This document shows positions 17,856 to 27,896 of a DNA stretch of 64,000 nt, piece after piece. The notes beneath the pieces were generated by a model that saw only the letters and a program-made list of their open reading frames with translations, had not been told where the DNA came from and searched no databases. Each line of letters begins with the position of its first letter. Within the stretch, counting starts at the first letter, position 1. The DNA comes from Candidatus Kuenenia stuttgartensis (GTDB taxonomy: Bacteria > Planctomycetota > UBA11346): contig CAMCMZ010000003.1 of assembly GCA_945876185.1 (NCBI GenBank), forward strand, positions 15,454 through 79,453, given 5' to 3'. A program made the translations under genes and the position numbers.

Positions 17856-19190
17856 ATGAGCGAACCCTGCTGCACCGCCGCGAGCTGGTGGAAATCCTGG
17901 ATGACCGTCCTGGCCGGTCTGGTCCTGGGGATGGCCTCCATCTATGCCGTCCCCGGTCGCGTCTTCTTCGTGCCGGCGCAACTGCACGACGACGGCCCAA
18001 CCGGCGAGCGCTGGGCCTGCGCTATGATGGACTTCATCGGCACGAAACCGGGCACCTGCCCGGTCTGCGGCATGACGCTCAACCGGGTCACGGCGGGTGA
18101 GATCACCCGTGAGCAGGCCAAGCGCATGGGCGTGCAATTGGCGACCATCGCAGAAGGCCCGGCCCTGGTGACGGTGCGGGCGTCTGGCACCGCCGAGTAC
18201 GACCACCGCCTGACCAAGGTCGTGATTCCGCGTCTCGCCGGCCGCATCGTGCGCCGGCACCAGGCGACGGCGGGCTGCTGCCAGGAGGTCGCCGCCGGCG
18301 AACCGGTGATCGATCTCTACAGCCCGGAAGCTTTCCAGGCCCAGAACGAGCTTCAGGCCGCGTTGAAACTCGGGGATCAGCGCCTGATCACGTCCCTGAC
18401 CGATCGTTTTGCGCGCTGGAACCTCGCCCCGGTGGCGGCAGCGATTGTGGCGGGCAAACCGCCGACCGACGTCGTCACCATCACCACGCCCTTCGCTGGA
18501 CAGGTGCTATTGGAAGAATTCAAGATGGCCGACGAGGCGCTCATGGTCGGCAAGGAGGTCACCGCCGACATGCCGCTGCTGCGTCTGGTCGACCCCGACA
18601 AGCTCACCCTGGTCGTCCACGTCCCCGAGGCGCGCGCGGTCTTCCTGCGCGAAGGCCAGCCGGTGGCGCTGTCGAGCGATGATCGCGGGCTGCTTCCGAC
18701 CATCGCCGCGAAAGTCGGCCGGGTGGGAAACGAGATCAACCCGGAGATACGCACCGTCGAGGTGCGCATCCACCTGAGCGGGGCGCGCAAGCTGCTGCGA
18801 CCCGGTTCGCTGGTGATGGCCGAGATCCGCGCCGTGCTCAGCCCGGACTTCACGCCTGCCGATCCCGATAACAAGGACACCTGGGGCCACTTCCCGCTCG
18901 TGCCTGCCAGCGCCGTGCTGTCGACCGGCGTCCGCACCATCGCCTGGAAGGTCGACAAGGTCGAGGCCTCTGGTCAACAGCGATTCGCCATCGCCCCGCT
19001 CGCGCTCGGCCCGCGTCTGGAAGACGACAACGGCAACGACCGCTTCATCGTGCGTGCCGGACTCAAACCCGGCGACCAGGTCGCGGCCCAAGGCGCATTC
19101 CTGATCGACAGCCAGGCGCAATTGGCGGGCAGCGCGTCGTTGCTCTATCCGGTTGGTTCCGCTGCACCGGCCCCAGCCCACCAGCACTGA
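17856..19190 (+). CDS. cusB: RND periplasmic adaptor with N-terminal heavy-metal-binding domain (CusB-like)
   Basis: WACAMM...PGTCPVCGM domain, biotinyl/barrel-sandwich LYSPE..AQNE, GAFLIDS C-terminus. Confidence 0.85.
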   Translation: MSEPCCTAASWWKSWMTVLAGLVLGMASIYAVPGRVFFVPAQLHDDGPTGERWACAMMDFIGTKPGTCPVCGMTLNRVTAGEITREQAKRMGVQLATIAEGPALVTVRASGTAEYDHRLTKVVIPRLAGRIVRRHQATAGCCQEVAAGEPVIDLYSPEAFQAQNELQAALKLGDQRLITSLTDRFARWNLAPVAAAIVAGKPPTDVVTITTPFAGQVLLEEFKMADEALMVGKEVTADMPLLRLVDPDKLTLVVHVPEARAVFLREGQPVALSSDDRGLLPTIAAKVGRVGNEINPEIRTVEVRIHLSGARKLLRPGSLVMAEIRAVLSPDFTPADPDNKDTWGHFPLVPASAVLSTGVRTIAWKVDKVEASGQQRFAIAPLALGPRLEDDNGNDRFIVRAGLKPGDQVAAQGAFLIDSQAQLAGSASLLYPVGSAAPAPAHQH

Positions 19191-19191
19191 C

Positions 19192-22100
19192 ATGATCGCC
19201 TCCGCCATCCGCAATCCGCTCATCACCCTGGCGATCAGCCTCGCCCTGGTGATCGCCGGCATCTGGGCGTGGAAGCATGTCCCGGTCGACGCCATTCCCG
19301 ACCTGTCAGACAATCAGGTCATCGTCTGGGCCGAATGGCCGGGCAAGAGCGCCGAGGACGTGGACCTGCAAATAACCAGCCGCCTGGCGCGCGAACTCCA
19401 GGGCCTGCCCGGGGTGACGACCGTACGCGGGATGTCCCTATACGGTGCCAGCTACGTCTACGTCATCTTCGACGAGCGCCGCGACCTCTACGACTGCCGC
19501 ACCCGCACCCTCGAACGCCTGTCGCAGGTGCAGGCGTTGATGCCGGCGGGGGTGCAGGCGCGCCTCGGTCCTGATGCCACGGCGATGGGCCAGGTCTACG
19601 CCTTCACCTTGCAGGGGCGCCGCGACACCGAGTCGAAACGCTACGTGCTCGACCAGGTGGTGGTGCCGGCGCTCAAGGGCGTCCCCGGCGTGGCCGAGGT
19701 CGCCCCGGTCGGCGGGGTGGTGCGCGAATACCAGATCGACGTCGATCCGGTGCGGTTGGAAGAACAGGGCCTGACCGTCGACATGCTGATGGAGGCAGTC
19801 CAGAAATCCGGTCGCGATGTCGGCGCGATGAGCGTCGAGAAAAGCGGCGTTGAGACGATGATCCGCGGACTTGGGTTCATCCGCAGCCTGAAAGACGTGG
19901 AAAACATCGTCATCCGCAGCAACAAGGCGCGCAGCGCCGGTCTGCGGCTGAAGGACGTCGCCCACGTCCACCTCGGCGGCGCGGTGCGCCAGGGGATCCT
20001 CGCGGACGCCGGACAGGAGCAGGTCGGCGCCATCGTCGCGATGCGGGTGCGCGAAGATCCCAAGGCGGTCATCCAGGCCGTGAAGCTGCGCCTGGCCGGG
20101 CTCGCGCCGGCGCTAGGCAAAGAGGAACTCACTGCGGTCCCGTTCTACGACCGATCCCAGCTCATCCTCGAAACCAACACCACTCTCGCCCACACCCTGA
20201 TCGAGGAGCTGATCGTCACGGTCCTGGTGATCGTGGTGTTCCTGCTCCACGCCCGCGCCAGCCTGGTGGTGGCGATCAGCCTCCCGTTGGGGGTGCTGAC
20301 CACCTTTCTCGCCATGCACCTCATGGGCGTCAGCGCCAACATCATGTCGCTCGCCGGCATCGCCATCGCGATCGGGGTGATGGTCGATTTCGGCATCGTG
20401 ATGACCGAGAACATCACGCAGCACCTGGTCGAGCTGCAGGAACGACGGGTGAAAGCCGGTCTTGAGCCGCCGCGATCACCGTTCGATCCCGACGTCATCG
20501 CCGCCGTCACGACCGGAGCGCAGGAGGTCAGCCGCGCCCTGCTGACCGCCGCCGCCACCACCATCATCGGCTTCCTGCCCATCTTCGTCCTCACCGATCA
20601 GGCCGGGCGGCTGTTCATCCCGCTCGCGATCACCAAGACCCTGGCGATCGGTGGGGCGGTGTTGTTCGGCATGCTGCTGGTGCCGCTGCTGTGCCGCCTG
20701 CTGCTGCCGCCGTGGCAGGTGCGCAAACCGGTCATCCTCGGTCTCGCCGGTCTGGCCGGCGGCGCGGTATTCGGCTGGTTCGTGGTGCATGGTTTCACGC
20801 TCGCCTTTGACCATGAGCGTTGGGCAATCACCATCCCCGGCTTCGTGGTCGGACCGGTGCTGGGGGCGCTCGCTGCCTATGTAGTCTGGCGGCTGGGGCG
20901 CGAACGGCTGGTCTCGTATGAGGAAAACCCGGTCAGCCACGCCATTCACGTCGGCTACGATTGGGCCTACACCCGCATCCAGCGGCATCGACTTGCGTTC
21001 ACCGGCACCATCACCGCCATCGCGCTGACCGGCTGGCTGCTCGGGGTCGGCTGGCAGACCTTGAGCTGGCCGCTGCGCCAGGGCGTCGCTGCGGTCGGCG
21101 GTGATCTTGCCACCACCACCATCGATCGCGCCCTGACCCGCGTTTTCCCCGGCATTGGGGCGAGCTTCCTGCCACCGCTCGACGAAGGCTCGCTCCTGTT
21201 CATGCCGTCGATCCCGGCCCACGGCGGCCTGGGCGAGACCCTGCGCGTGCTGAAGACCCAGAACCAGCTCATCGCCAGCGTGCCCGAGGTCGCCCAGGTG
21301 ATGGGCAAAATGGGGCGGGCTGAAACCGCGCTCGATCCCGCTCCGATCGGGATGATCGAGACCGTGGTGCTGCTGAAACCGTATGCCGAATGGCCGCTGC
21401 ACGAGATCTCTCGCCCTGACGGCAGCAGCGAACGCCGTCCGCGCACCCTGGCCGAAGTGCGCCAGGCGCTGGGGGCGATCAGCGACATCCCCGGCGTCGC
21501 GCCTTCCTGGCTGCAACCGATCGAGACCAGGGTGGTCATGCTGTCGACCGGCATCAAGTCGAAGATCGCCTTGCAGATCCTCGGCGACGACAACGAGGCC
21601 ATGGAGCGCTTTGCCGAACAGGCGGAAAAGATCATCCAGATGGTGCCCGGCGCGGTCGACGTGCAGATGCAGCGTGAGGGCGGCAAGCCGTATGGTGAGA
21701 TCCGCCTCGACCAGGAGCGCATGGCGCGTTTCGGCATCACCACCGAACAGGTCATGCAGACGGTGGAGACCGCGCTCGGCGGCATGCCGATCGTGTTCTC
21801 GGTCGAGGGCACCCAGCGTTACGGCGTGCGCATCCGTTACAGCCGCGAGCGCCGCGACGACTTCGACGAGATGGGCCTGCTGCAGGTGCCGATCGGCCCT
21901 GGCCAGCATGGTGCCATCGCCCTGCAAAGCCTGGTCGCCGCGACGGTGGTCCACACCGTCGCCCTCGACGGCCTCACCGCCGCCGACTGGCTGGCGGCGC
22001 AGTCGCTGACCATCCAGCGCAACACGGTCGTCCTCGCGCCTGACCGCATCGAGGTCACCCTGCGCCCCGGCGACGACCTGTTCCGTTCCATCGTCAGACC

Positions 22101-22926
22101 TGCGCACGGCACGCTGCGCGAGTTGTCGCGCGCGCCGTCGCCCACCGCGCTGACTTACACCATCGGCCCGATGGCGATCCGCAGCGAGGGCGGCAAACGC
22201 ACGCAGTACGTGCTGCTCAACGCCCGTGGCCGGGCCGAGGTCGAGGTGGTGCACGACGCCCAGCGGCGCCTGGATGCGGCCATCGCCGCCGGAGCCGTGA
22301 TCCTGCCCAAGGGTTCGCCGCCGCCGCGCTGGGTCGGCAGCTACGAACAGAAACAGAAGGCCGACGAAACCATGACCTGGGTGATCGCCGCATCGATGGC
22401 GGTGATGCTGGTGCTGATCTACCTCGGCACGCGATCGCTGCTGACCACCTCGATCATCATCACCTGCAACGTCACCGTCACCACCGCCGGCGGCTTTATC
22501 GCGGTGTGGTTGTCCGGGGTCGAGATGACCACTGCGGTCATTGTCGGCTTCCTCGTCCTGCTCGGTGTGATGTTCAACGACGGCATCCTGCTCGGCACGT
22601 ATCTGCACGACCAGTTCCGCATCCCACCCCGGAACCTGGAGGAGATGCACCATCGCATCTTCACCGCCGGCTTGCGCCGCCGCCGCCCCGCCCTGATGAC
22701 CAACCTGACCACCCTGCTGGCGCTGGTGCCGATCCTCTGGAGCGAAGGCCGCGGCGCCGAGGTCATGCGCCCGATGGTGCTTCCGGTCATCGGCGGGATG
22801 ATCGCGGATCTGATCAGCCTGTTCTCTGTGCCGGTCTTCTATGCCTGGTGGTGGGAGCGGAAACTGGCTCGGCCTGATCGCGACCAGTCGAACCTCCCGG
22901 AAGCACCAGAGACACCTCGGCCCTGA
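19192..22926 (+). CDS. cusA: Cu(I)/Ag(I) heavy-metal RND transporter CusA
   Basis: DAIPDLSDNQV, MSLAGIAIAIG; Met triad equivalents in LFMPS (21202), IGMIET (21352) and VMLSTG (21538); RRRPALMT. Confidence 0.92.
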   Translation: MIASAIRNPLITLAISLALVIAGIWAWKHVPVDAIPDLSDNQVIVWAEWPGKSAEDVDLQITSRLARELQGLPGVTTVRGMSLYGASYVYVIFDERRDLYDCRTRTLERLSQVQALMPAGVQARLGPDATAMGQVYAFTLQGRRDTESKRYVLDQVVVPALKGVPGVAEVAPVGGVVREYQIDVDPVRLEEQGLTVDMLMEAVQKSGRDVGAMSVEKSGVETMIRGLGFIRSLKDVENIVIRSNKARSAGLRLKDVAHVHLGGAVRQGILADAGQEQVGAIVAMRVREDPKAVIQAVKLRLAGLAPALGKEELTAVPFYDRSQLILETNTTLAHTLIEELIVTVLVIVVFLLHARASLVVAISLPLGVLTTFLAMHLMGVSANIMSLAGIAIAIGVMVDFGIVMTENITQHLVELQERRVKAGLEPPRSPFDPDVIAAVTTGAQEVSRALLTAAATTIIGFLPIFVLTDQAGRLFIPLAITKTLAIGGAVLFGMLLVPLLCRLLLPPWQVRKPVILGLAGLAGGAVFGWFVVHGFTLAFDHERWAITIPGFVVGPVLGALAAYVVWRLGRERLVSYEENPVSHAIHVGYDWAYTRIQRHRLAFTGTITAIALTGWLLGVGWQTLSWPLRQGVAAVGGDLATTTIDRALTRVFPGIGASFLPPLDEGSLLFMPSIPAHGGLGETLRVLKTQNQLIASVPEVAQVMGKMGRAETALDPAPIGMIETVVLLKPYAEWPLHEISRPDGSSERRPRTLAEVRQALGAISDIPGVAPSWLQPIETRVVMLSTGIKSKIALQILGDDNEAMERFAEQAEKIIQMVPGAVDVQMQREGGKPYGEIRLDQERMARFGITTEQVMQTVETALGGMPIVFSVEGTQRYGVRIRYSRERRDDFDEMGLLQVPIGPGQHGAIALQSLVAATVVHTVALDGLTAADWLAAQSLTIQRNTVVLAPDRIEVTLRPGDDLFRSIVRPAHGTLRELSRAPSPTALTYTIGPMAIRSEGGKRTQYVLLNARGRAEVEVVHDAQRRLDAAIAAGAVILPKGSPPPRWVGSYEQKQKADETMTWVIAASMAVMLVLIYLGTRSLLTTSIIITCNVTVTTAGGFIAVWLSGVEMTTAVIVGFLVLLGVMFNDGILLGTYLHDQFRIPPRNLEEMHHRIFTAGLRRRRPALMTNLTTLLALVPILWSEGRGAEVMRPMVLPVIGGMIADLISLFSVPVFYAWWWERKLARPDRDQSNLPEAPETPRP

Positions 22927-22961
22927 CGCGCCACCGCCGGGGCGCCGGCGATCCCAGGAAG

Positions 22962-23672
22962 TTACTTCCCTGCAATCCCAACCGGGCGAGCCAGGGCGAA
23001 CGCCTGCTCACGAAAAACGGAACGCCGGTTGATCTGCACCGCTTCCGCGCCGCCGTCGGCCCGGGTGCGCAGGCGGATCGTGCCGCGGCCCAGGCCGTCA
23101 CCGTCTTTGCGGGTGTCGTCGTCGTGGGGGATCGAGGTCGCGTCGATCACGGTGATCTGGTAGCGGTCGGGGCCATCCGGTCGGGCCTCGCTGTCGATGA
23201 TCACGACGTGCCCGGTCGGCCCGCCCGGCTTGGGGGCCGCGTACCGCCAGGCCACGACATCTCCGGGCCGCAGGCCTTTCACCTGGCCGACCGCCTGCCA
23301 CCCTTTGGCGCCGGCGGCGAAGGCCTGCTGGTAGTCCGCCGCCAACGGGCGGCGATGCCCCGCGCTGGGGGGAATGAACGCCAGGTGGTCGGGCAGTTCG
23401 TTTTTCAGGAGCCAGGTCAGCAGTCCAGAGCAGTCCGTCGTGACCGTACCTGATTGCAGGTCGATCGCGGTCTGGTGCGCGTAGCGGGTCGTCGTTGTAC
23501 CCGCGAGCAACCGGCGGGCGGCAGCGGAAAGGCGTTGCGCCGGTTCCATCGCCACGGCGGCAGGCCCGGTGGTGGCCGGCCCGGCAGCGGCCTGCGTCGT
23601 TGCCTGCTCAGCGGCGGATCGGTCGCCGGTGCAGGCCCACACCAGGCAACCGATGATGATGAGCTTTCGCAT
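22962..23672 (-). CDS. Secreted NlpC/P60-like cysteine amidase/peptidase
   Basis: DCSG, LRPGDVVAW and TGHVVI motifs; signal peptide from MRKLII. Confidence 0.65.
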   Translation of the reverse strand: MRKLIIIGCLVWACTGDRSAAEQATTQAAAGPATTGPAAVAMEPAQRLSAAARRLLAGTTTTRYAHQTAIDLQSGTVTTDCSGLLTWLLKNELPDHLAFIPPSAGHRRPLAADYQQAFAAGAKGWQAVGQVKGLRPGDVVAWRYAAPKPGGPTGHVVIIDSEARPDGPDRYQITVIDATSIPHDDDTRKDGDGLGRGTIRLRTRADGGAEAVQINRRSVFREQAFALARPVGIAGK

Positions 23673-23863
23673 CGTCGTTCTCGCTTTCGCCTTCGCTTTC
23701 GCCTTCGCCATCTCTGATTTTTCTCCGGCACGGGGCTGCGCTTCCCGGTGGTTTCGCACCGTGACGCCTTGGCCGGGGTTGGCAATGTGGGCGAACCCCT
23801 CAGGGGTTGGGCCGACGCGACGGACGGTGGCGGGACGGGTTCGCCGCGCAAAACTCCCCTGCC

Positions 23864-24694
23864 ATGGCCGACCCCACCGCCGCCCTCCGGCTCCGCCAGG
23901 TGTTCTACCGCGAAGCGGATCCGGGTTGGCAGGTCGATCGCCACCATCATGACGTGCACCAATGGTACGCCTGCCTGCGTGGCTGCTTGCGCGTGCGCCT
24001 GGGCGAACGGATCATCGAACTGGGCGCCGAACGATCGCTGATCGTGCCGCCGATGCAGGACCGGGAACTTCTCCAGGCGGGACGCTCGCTGGCCTACGTG
24101 GTGGCGATCTTCCACCCGGGGGGCATCGACCTGGAGCAGATCGCCGGCCGTGTCCTCGCGCTGCCTCCGGGTTTGCGCGCCGACTTCCACGCTTTGGTCG
24201 AGGAAATGCACCAGCCCGGGGTGGACAGCTCCTTCCTGGTTCAGGCGCTGCTTGGGCGCCTGCTCATCGGACTCAAGCGGGCGCTGGTCGCCCGGGGGGA
24301 TCCCTCTCCGGTGCTGTCGCCCTTGAACGCGGGGAGTCACGCCGAGGTGGTGCGTGCGGTCGACGCCTTTCTGGCCGCGCATCTGGCGCAACCGATCCAC
24401 CGAGCCGAGATCGCCGCCGCTGTGCGCTTGTCCGCCGCGCACCTCGCCCGGATCTACCGGGCTGCGGCCGGCCGTACGATCCTGGATCAGTTGACCGCCT
24501 TGCGGATCGCGCGGGCCAAAGCGCTCCTGCTCGAAAGCACGTTGTCGGTGACCCAGATCGCGGGTGCGGTCGGCATCGTATCGTTCAGCCATTTCGCCCG
24601 CACCTTCCGGTGTCAGGTCGGGATCAGCCCGTCCGACTACCGCCGCACCGGCGGACTGACCTGGGTCGGGCAGAACCGCCGCAGCAAGGATTAG
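23864..24694 (+). CDS. AraC-family transcriptional regulator
   Basis: Cupin HHHDVHQW; HTH IAAAVRLSAAHLARIY...IAGAVGIVSFSHFARTFRCQVGISPSDYR. Confidence 0.9.
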   Translation: MADPTAALRLRQVFYREADPGWQVDRHHHDVHQWYACLRGCLRVRLGERIIELGAERSLIVPPMQDRELLQAGRSLAYVVAIFHPGGIDLEQIAGRVLALPPGLRADFHALVEEMHQPGVDSSFLVQALLGRLLIGLKRALVARGDPSPVLSPLNAGSHAEVVRAVDAFLAAHLAQPIHRAEIAAAVRLSAAHLARIYRAAAGRTILDQLTALRIARAKALLLESTLSVTQIAGAVGIVSFSHFARTFRCQVGISPSDYRRTGGLTWVGQNRRSKD

Positions 24695-25590
24695 GCGCCG
24701 CCAGCGCGCCGGTATCGACCCGGGGACAGCGCGAATTCACGCCGGAAAACGCGGGAAAAATAGCGCCAGTCGGCGAAGCCCAGGCGCTCGGCGATGCGTG
24801 CGACGGGTTGATCGCCGGTGCGCAGGAGCACGGCGGCCCGCCGCAGCAGGATCCGGTTGCGGAAGCGCATCGGCGGCTCACCGAAGCGTGCGGTAAAGGC
24901 CCGACTGAGATGCTTGGGTGAGATCCCGGCTTCGCGCGCCACCGCCGCGAGGTCGATGGGATCCTCTGCGAAACGCTCGATGAAAGAGCGCGCGGTTTCG
25001 AGGCGGTCCGGCGGCGCGGCGGGTTCGCGGTCGGCGATGAGATGCCGATACACCACAAACAGCAGCTCGCTCAGCAATCCTTGCAGCAGCACTGGGGCGT
25101 GCGGATGGTCATCGCTGATGACGGCGACCATCCGCGTCGCCACCCCCGCCACATCGGCGGCGCAGGCGGTGGAACACGTTCTCTGGGCCGGGACCGAGCA
25201 GGGCGCACCGGACCAACCCGCCAGCAAATCGCCCCAATTCAGGGCCTTGAGGATGCGTGGCGGCTTCCCCCTGGGATCAGGGGCGAAGGTCACTTCGCTA
25301 TAGACCGTGGAATCCCCGGCCAGGCGGCAGAAGGAATGCGGTACGCCCGGCGACACGAGCACCAGATGCGGAACCTCGACCTGCACCGTCGCGTCACCCA
25401 GGAGGAAACTGCCTTGGCCAGCGGTGTAGATGACGCAATGCCAGAGCAGGTGGGCGTGCGGCCGGCGCCCCTCTTGCGCCGGCTCGCAATCGTCGCGGGT
25501 GGCGTGCAGCAACCGCAGTCCACCCAGCCCGGGGAGGTTCAGGATGGCGCTCTCTGCCGGGGCGTTGGCCGATTCGCCCGGGATGCACAT
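24691..25590 (-). CDS. AraC-family transcriptional regulator (start approximate)
   Basis: HAHLLWH cupin; VAREAGISPKHLSRAF...IAERLGFADWRYFSRVFRREFALSPGRYR. Confidence 0.9.
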   Translation of the reverse strand: MCIPGESANAPAESAILNLPGLGGLRLLHATRDDCEPAQEGRRPHAHLLWHCVIYTAGQGSFLLGDATVQVEVPHLVLVSPGVPHSFCRLAGDSTVYSEVTFAPDPRGKPPRILKALNWGDLLAGWSGAPCSVPAQRTCSTACAADVAGVATRMVAVISDDHPHAPVLLQGLLSELLFVVYRHLIADREPAAPPDRLETARSFIERFAEDPIDLAAVAREAGISPKHLSRAFTARFGEPPMRFRNRILLRRAAVLLRTGDQPVARIAERLGFADWRYFSRVFRREFALSPGRYRRAGGA

Positions 25591-25676
25591 GCGGCGGCGC
25601 ACAAGCGAATATTGTCCACCTGCGGCGGTTTGCCAACCCTGCCACCTTCCACCGTCTCCTGGCACGCTTCGTGCCC

Positions 25677-26573
25677 ATGCCCAGCTCCAACGGATCCCTC
25701 ACCCCCGATCAGGTCGCCACCTTCCAACGTGACGGCTTCATCGTCGCACGGGTCTTCCAACCAGACGATTTCCTGCCGGTACAGGCCGAAATATCAGCGC
25801 ACATCGATGCGCGGGCGAAGGAACTGGCGGCGCGCGGCCAGCTCCAGGAGTTGCACCCCGAGGCACCGTTCGCGACCCGGTTCGGCTTGCTCGCCACCCA
25901 GTGCGGCCGCATGCACGAACGCTTCGACATCGTCGACCTCCTGGGGGATGAACTCTTCCGCCTGATGCGCCACCCCCGCATCCTCGCGGCGATCGCATCG
26001 CTGGTTGGACCCGAGATCACCCTCAATCCGATCCAGCACCTGCGCGCCAAGCCGCCGGCGGAAAGCGGTCGTCGTCTCGGCTATTACGAAGTCCCCTGGC
26101 ATCAGGACAGCGGCGTGACCACCCCGGACAGCGATGCCGCCCTGCTGGTGACGGCCTGGATCCCGCTCCTGGGTGCAAGCGAAGAGATGGGCTGCATGCG
26201 CCTGATCCCTGGTTTCCACCGGCAGGGCCATGCTCGCCACATCAGCGATCCGACCTACGGCACTACCATCGACCCGGTGCTCATCCCCGCCGACGGCCAG
26301 GTGGTCGCTGCCTGCCGTCCCGGCGAGGTCGTGCTGATGGGGCAGTTCACCCCGCATTGCAGCACCCCGAACCGGTCGCGGATCTGTCGCTGGTCTTTGG
26401 ATCTGCGCTATCAGGCCACGGGAACACCGAGCGGTCGAGCGAACCACCCCAGCGTCGTGCTGCAATCCCCGTCGGAACCCAAACGTGAGGTGCATGACCC
26501 GGCGGTGTGGCGCCAAGCCTGGATCGAAGCCAAAGCCCAACCCGGAAACGGTATCCGCCATCGGCTCGGCTGA
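25677..26573 (+). CDS. PhyH-family Fe(II)/2OG dioxygenase
   Basis: WHQDSG, VTAWIPL...EMGCMRLIPGFH, TPHCSTPN, RWSLDLRY. Confidence 0.9.
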   Translation: MPSSNGSLTPDQVATFQRDGFIVARVFQPDDFLPVQAEISAHIDARAKELAARGQLQELHPEAPFATRFGLLATQCGRMHERFDIVDLLGDELFRLMRHPRILAAIASLVGPEITLNPIQHLRAKPPAESGRRLGYYEVPWHQDSGVTTPDSDAALLVTAWIPLLGASEEMGCMRLIPGFHRQGHARHISDPTYGTTIDPVLIPADGQVVAACRPGEVVLMGQFTPHCSTPNRSRICRWSLDLRYQATGTPSGRANHPSVVLQSPSEPKREVHDPAVWRQAWIEAKAQPGNGIRHRLG

Positions 26574-26591
26574 GGTCGCGAGTCGCCCGTC

Positions 26592-27713
26592 TCAACCGCC
26601 GTAGCGCGTCTCCGTCCGCACGCATTCCATCAGCCAGCGCAGTCGGCCGATGCCGGTCCCGGCCGGGATCGAACCGGCGGTGGCGATGACCAAGCGGCCG
26701 CCCGCGCCGACCTTGGTAAAATCGCTGCGTACCCGGGCGCGAATCTCCTCCGGACTGCCATTGCGCAGCAGAAATGGCGGGATGTGGCCATTGATCACGG
26801 CATCCGGTATGCGCGCGCGGATCAGGGCCGGATCGATGGTGGGACCGTAATTGACCGAATCGATGCCGAGTTCGCGTTGGGCATCGAGATGGTGCGCCAT
26901 CGCCGAATCGCTGTGCTGGTAGCGGCGGCCGCCTGGCAACGGGGCGAACTCATCGAGCACGGCGCGCAGCACGGGCATACAGAAACGCCGGTATTGCTTC
27001 GCATTGAACAGGCAGCAGTTGTCGTCGGTGATCCACCAAGCCGTTCCGGAAAATCCAGAAAAAGCGCGCAATCGGCGGTTGAGGCGCAGGTAGCCCTGGG
27101 TGAGGATGCGGGCGAACCGGTCCATGAGGTCGGGTTCGTCATAGCACCACAGCAGCGCCACCTGGGGGTCGAGCACCGAGGTGATCACCGTGGCCGGGCC
27201 ACGACTGCCGCCACCCAGTTTGGGCAGCGGTTTGCCGGTGGCGCGGCGGGCGTCCCATTCGGCAAGGAAGGGTTCGGGCAGCGCCCACGCATCGATGTCG
27301 ATGGATTCAACTCGGTCGAGGATGCGCGCGAATTCCAGCGGATCATCGCCTACCGGGACGAACCATGGGGTGCCGCCCTCATGATAGGCGAATTCGCAGC
27401 CGAACAGGTTTTCGATGCGCTTGGGCGCATTTTCCCAGGTGTCTTCGTCATGGGGCCGCACGCGCAGGTGCTCCCACATCAGGTCGTTGGTCTGGCGATG
27501 CAGGTCATCGCGGTAGGACTTGTCGCGGTAGTAGCGCAAGGTGCTGGGCACCTGCATGAATTCAAAGATCCAGTGATCATCGCTGCCGACCCCGCCCAGG
27601 GCGCAGCGCGGCTTGGCCTCATCCAGACGAGAGCAGTGCCGGTTCTCGGCCCAGAAGGCCTCTGGGTCTAGGTCGCGGGTAAGAGTCATGAATTCGGGTT
27701 CGATGAGCGGCAT
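26592..27713 (-). CDS. URO-D-family protein (no HxC/Cys zinc ligands)
   Basis: ITDDNCCLF...MPVLRAV, YQHSDS, GHIPPFLLRNGSPEEI, IATAGSIPAGT; start MPLIEP. Confidence 0.75.
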   Translation of the reverse strand: MPLIEPEFMTLTRDLDPEAFWAENRHCSRLDEAKPRCALGGVGSDDHWIFEFMQVPSTLRYYRDKSYRDDLHRQTNDLMWEHLRVRPHDEDTWENAPKRIENLFGCEFAYHEGGTPWFVPVGDDPLEFARILDRVESIDIDAWALPEPFLAEWDARRATGKPLPKLGGGSRGPATVITSVLDPQVALLWCYDEPDLMDRFARILTQGYLRLNRRLRAFSGFSGTAWWITDDNCCLFNAKQYRRFCMPVLRAVLDEFAPLPGGRRYQHSDSAMAHHLDAQRELGIDSVNYGPTIDPALIRARIPDAVINGHIPPFLLRNGSPEEIRARVRSDFTKVGAGGRLVIATAGSIPAGTGIGRLRWLMECVRTETRYGG

Positions 27714-27896
27714 GGTGGCTACCTCGATGGTTGGCAGCCTGTCGAGAGGGCATGATCCCACCAAGATGGCATAAGTCGCCTCAGGTGGACCAAAGACGCA
27801 TGGGCTGGGAATCGCCTGGCATACCTGCTCGGATTCAGCACCAACTCGCTCATCCAGGACTAGGCGGGCGGCGTCCGACTGGTTATCGTCAGCCCA

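Noticed and set aside
25660-25675. sigma54 promoter-like TGGCAC-N-GC before the second PhyH
   Set aside because: The predicted TSS would fall inside the gene (ATG at 25677); it is more simply a GGCACG-CTT-CGTGCC palindrome
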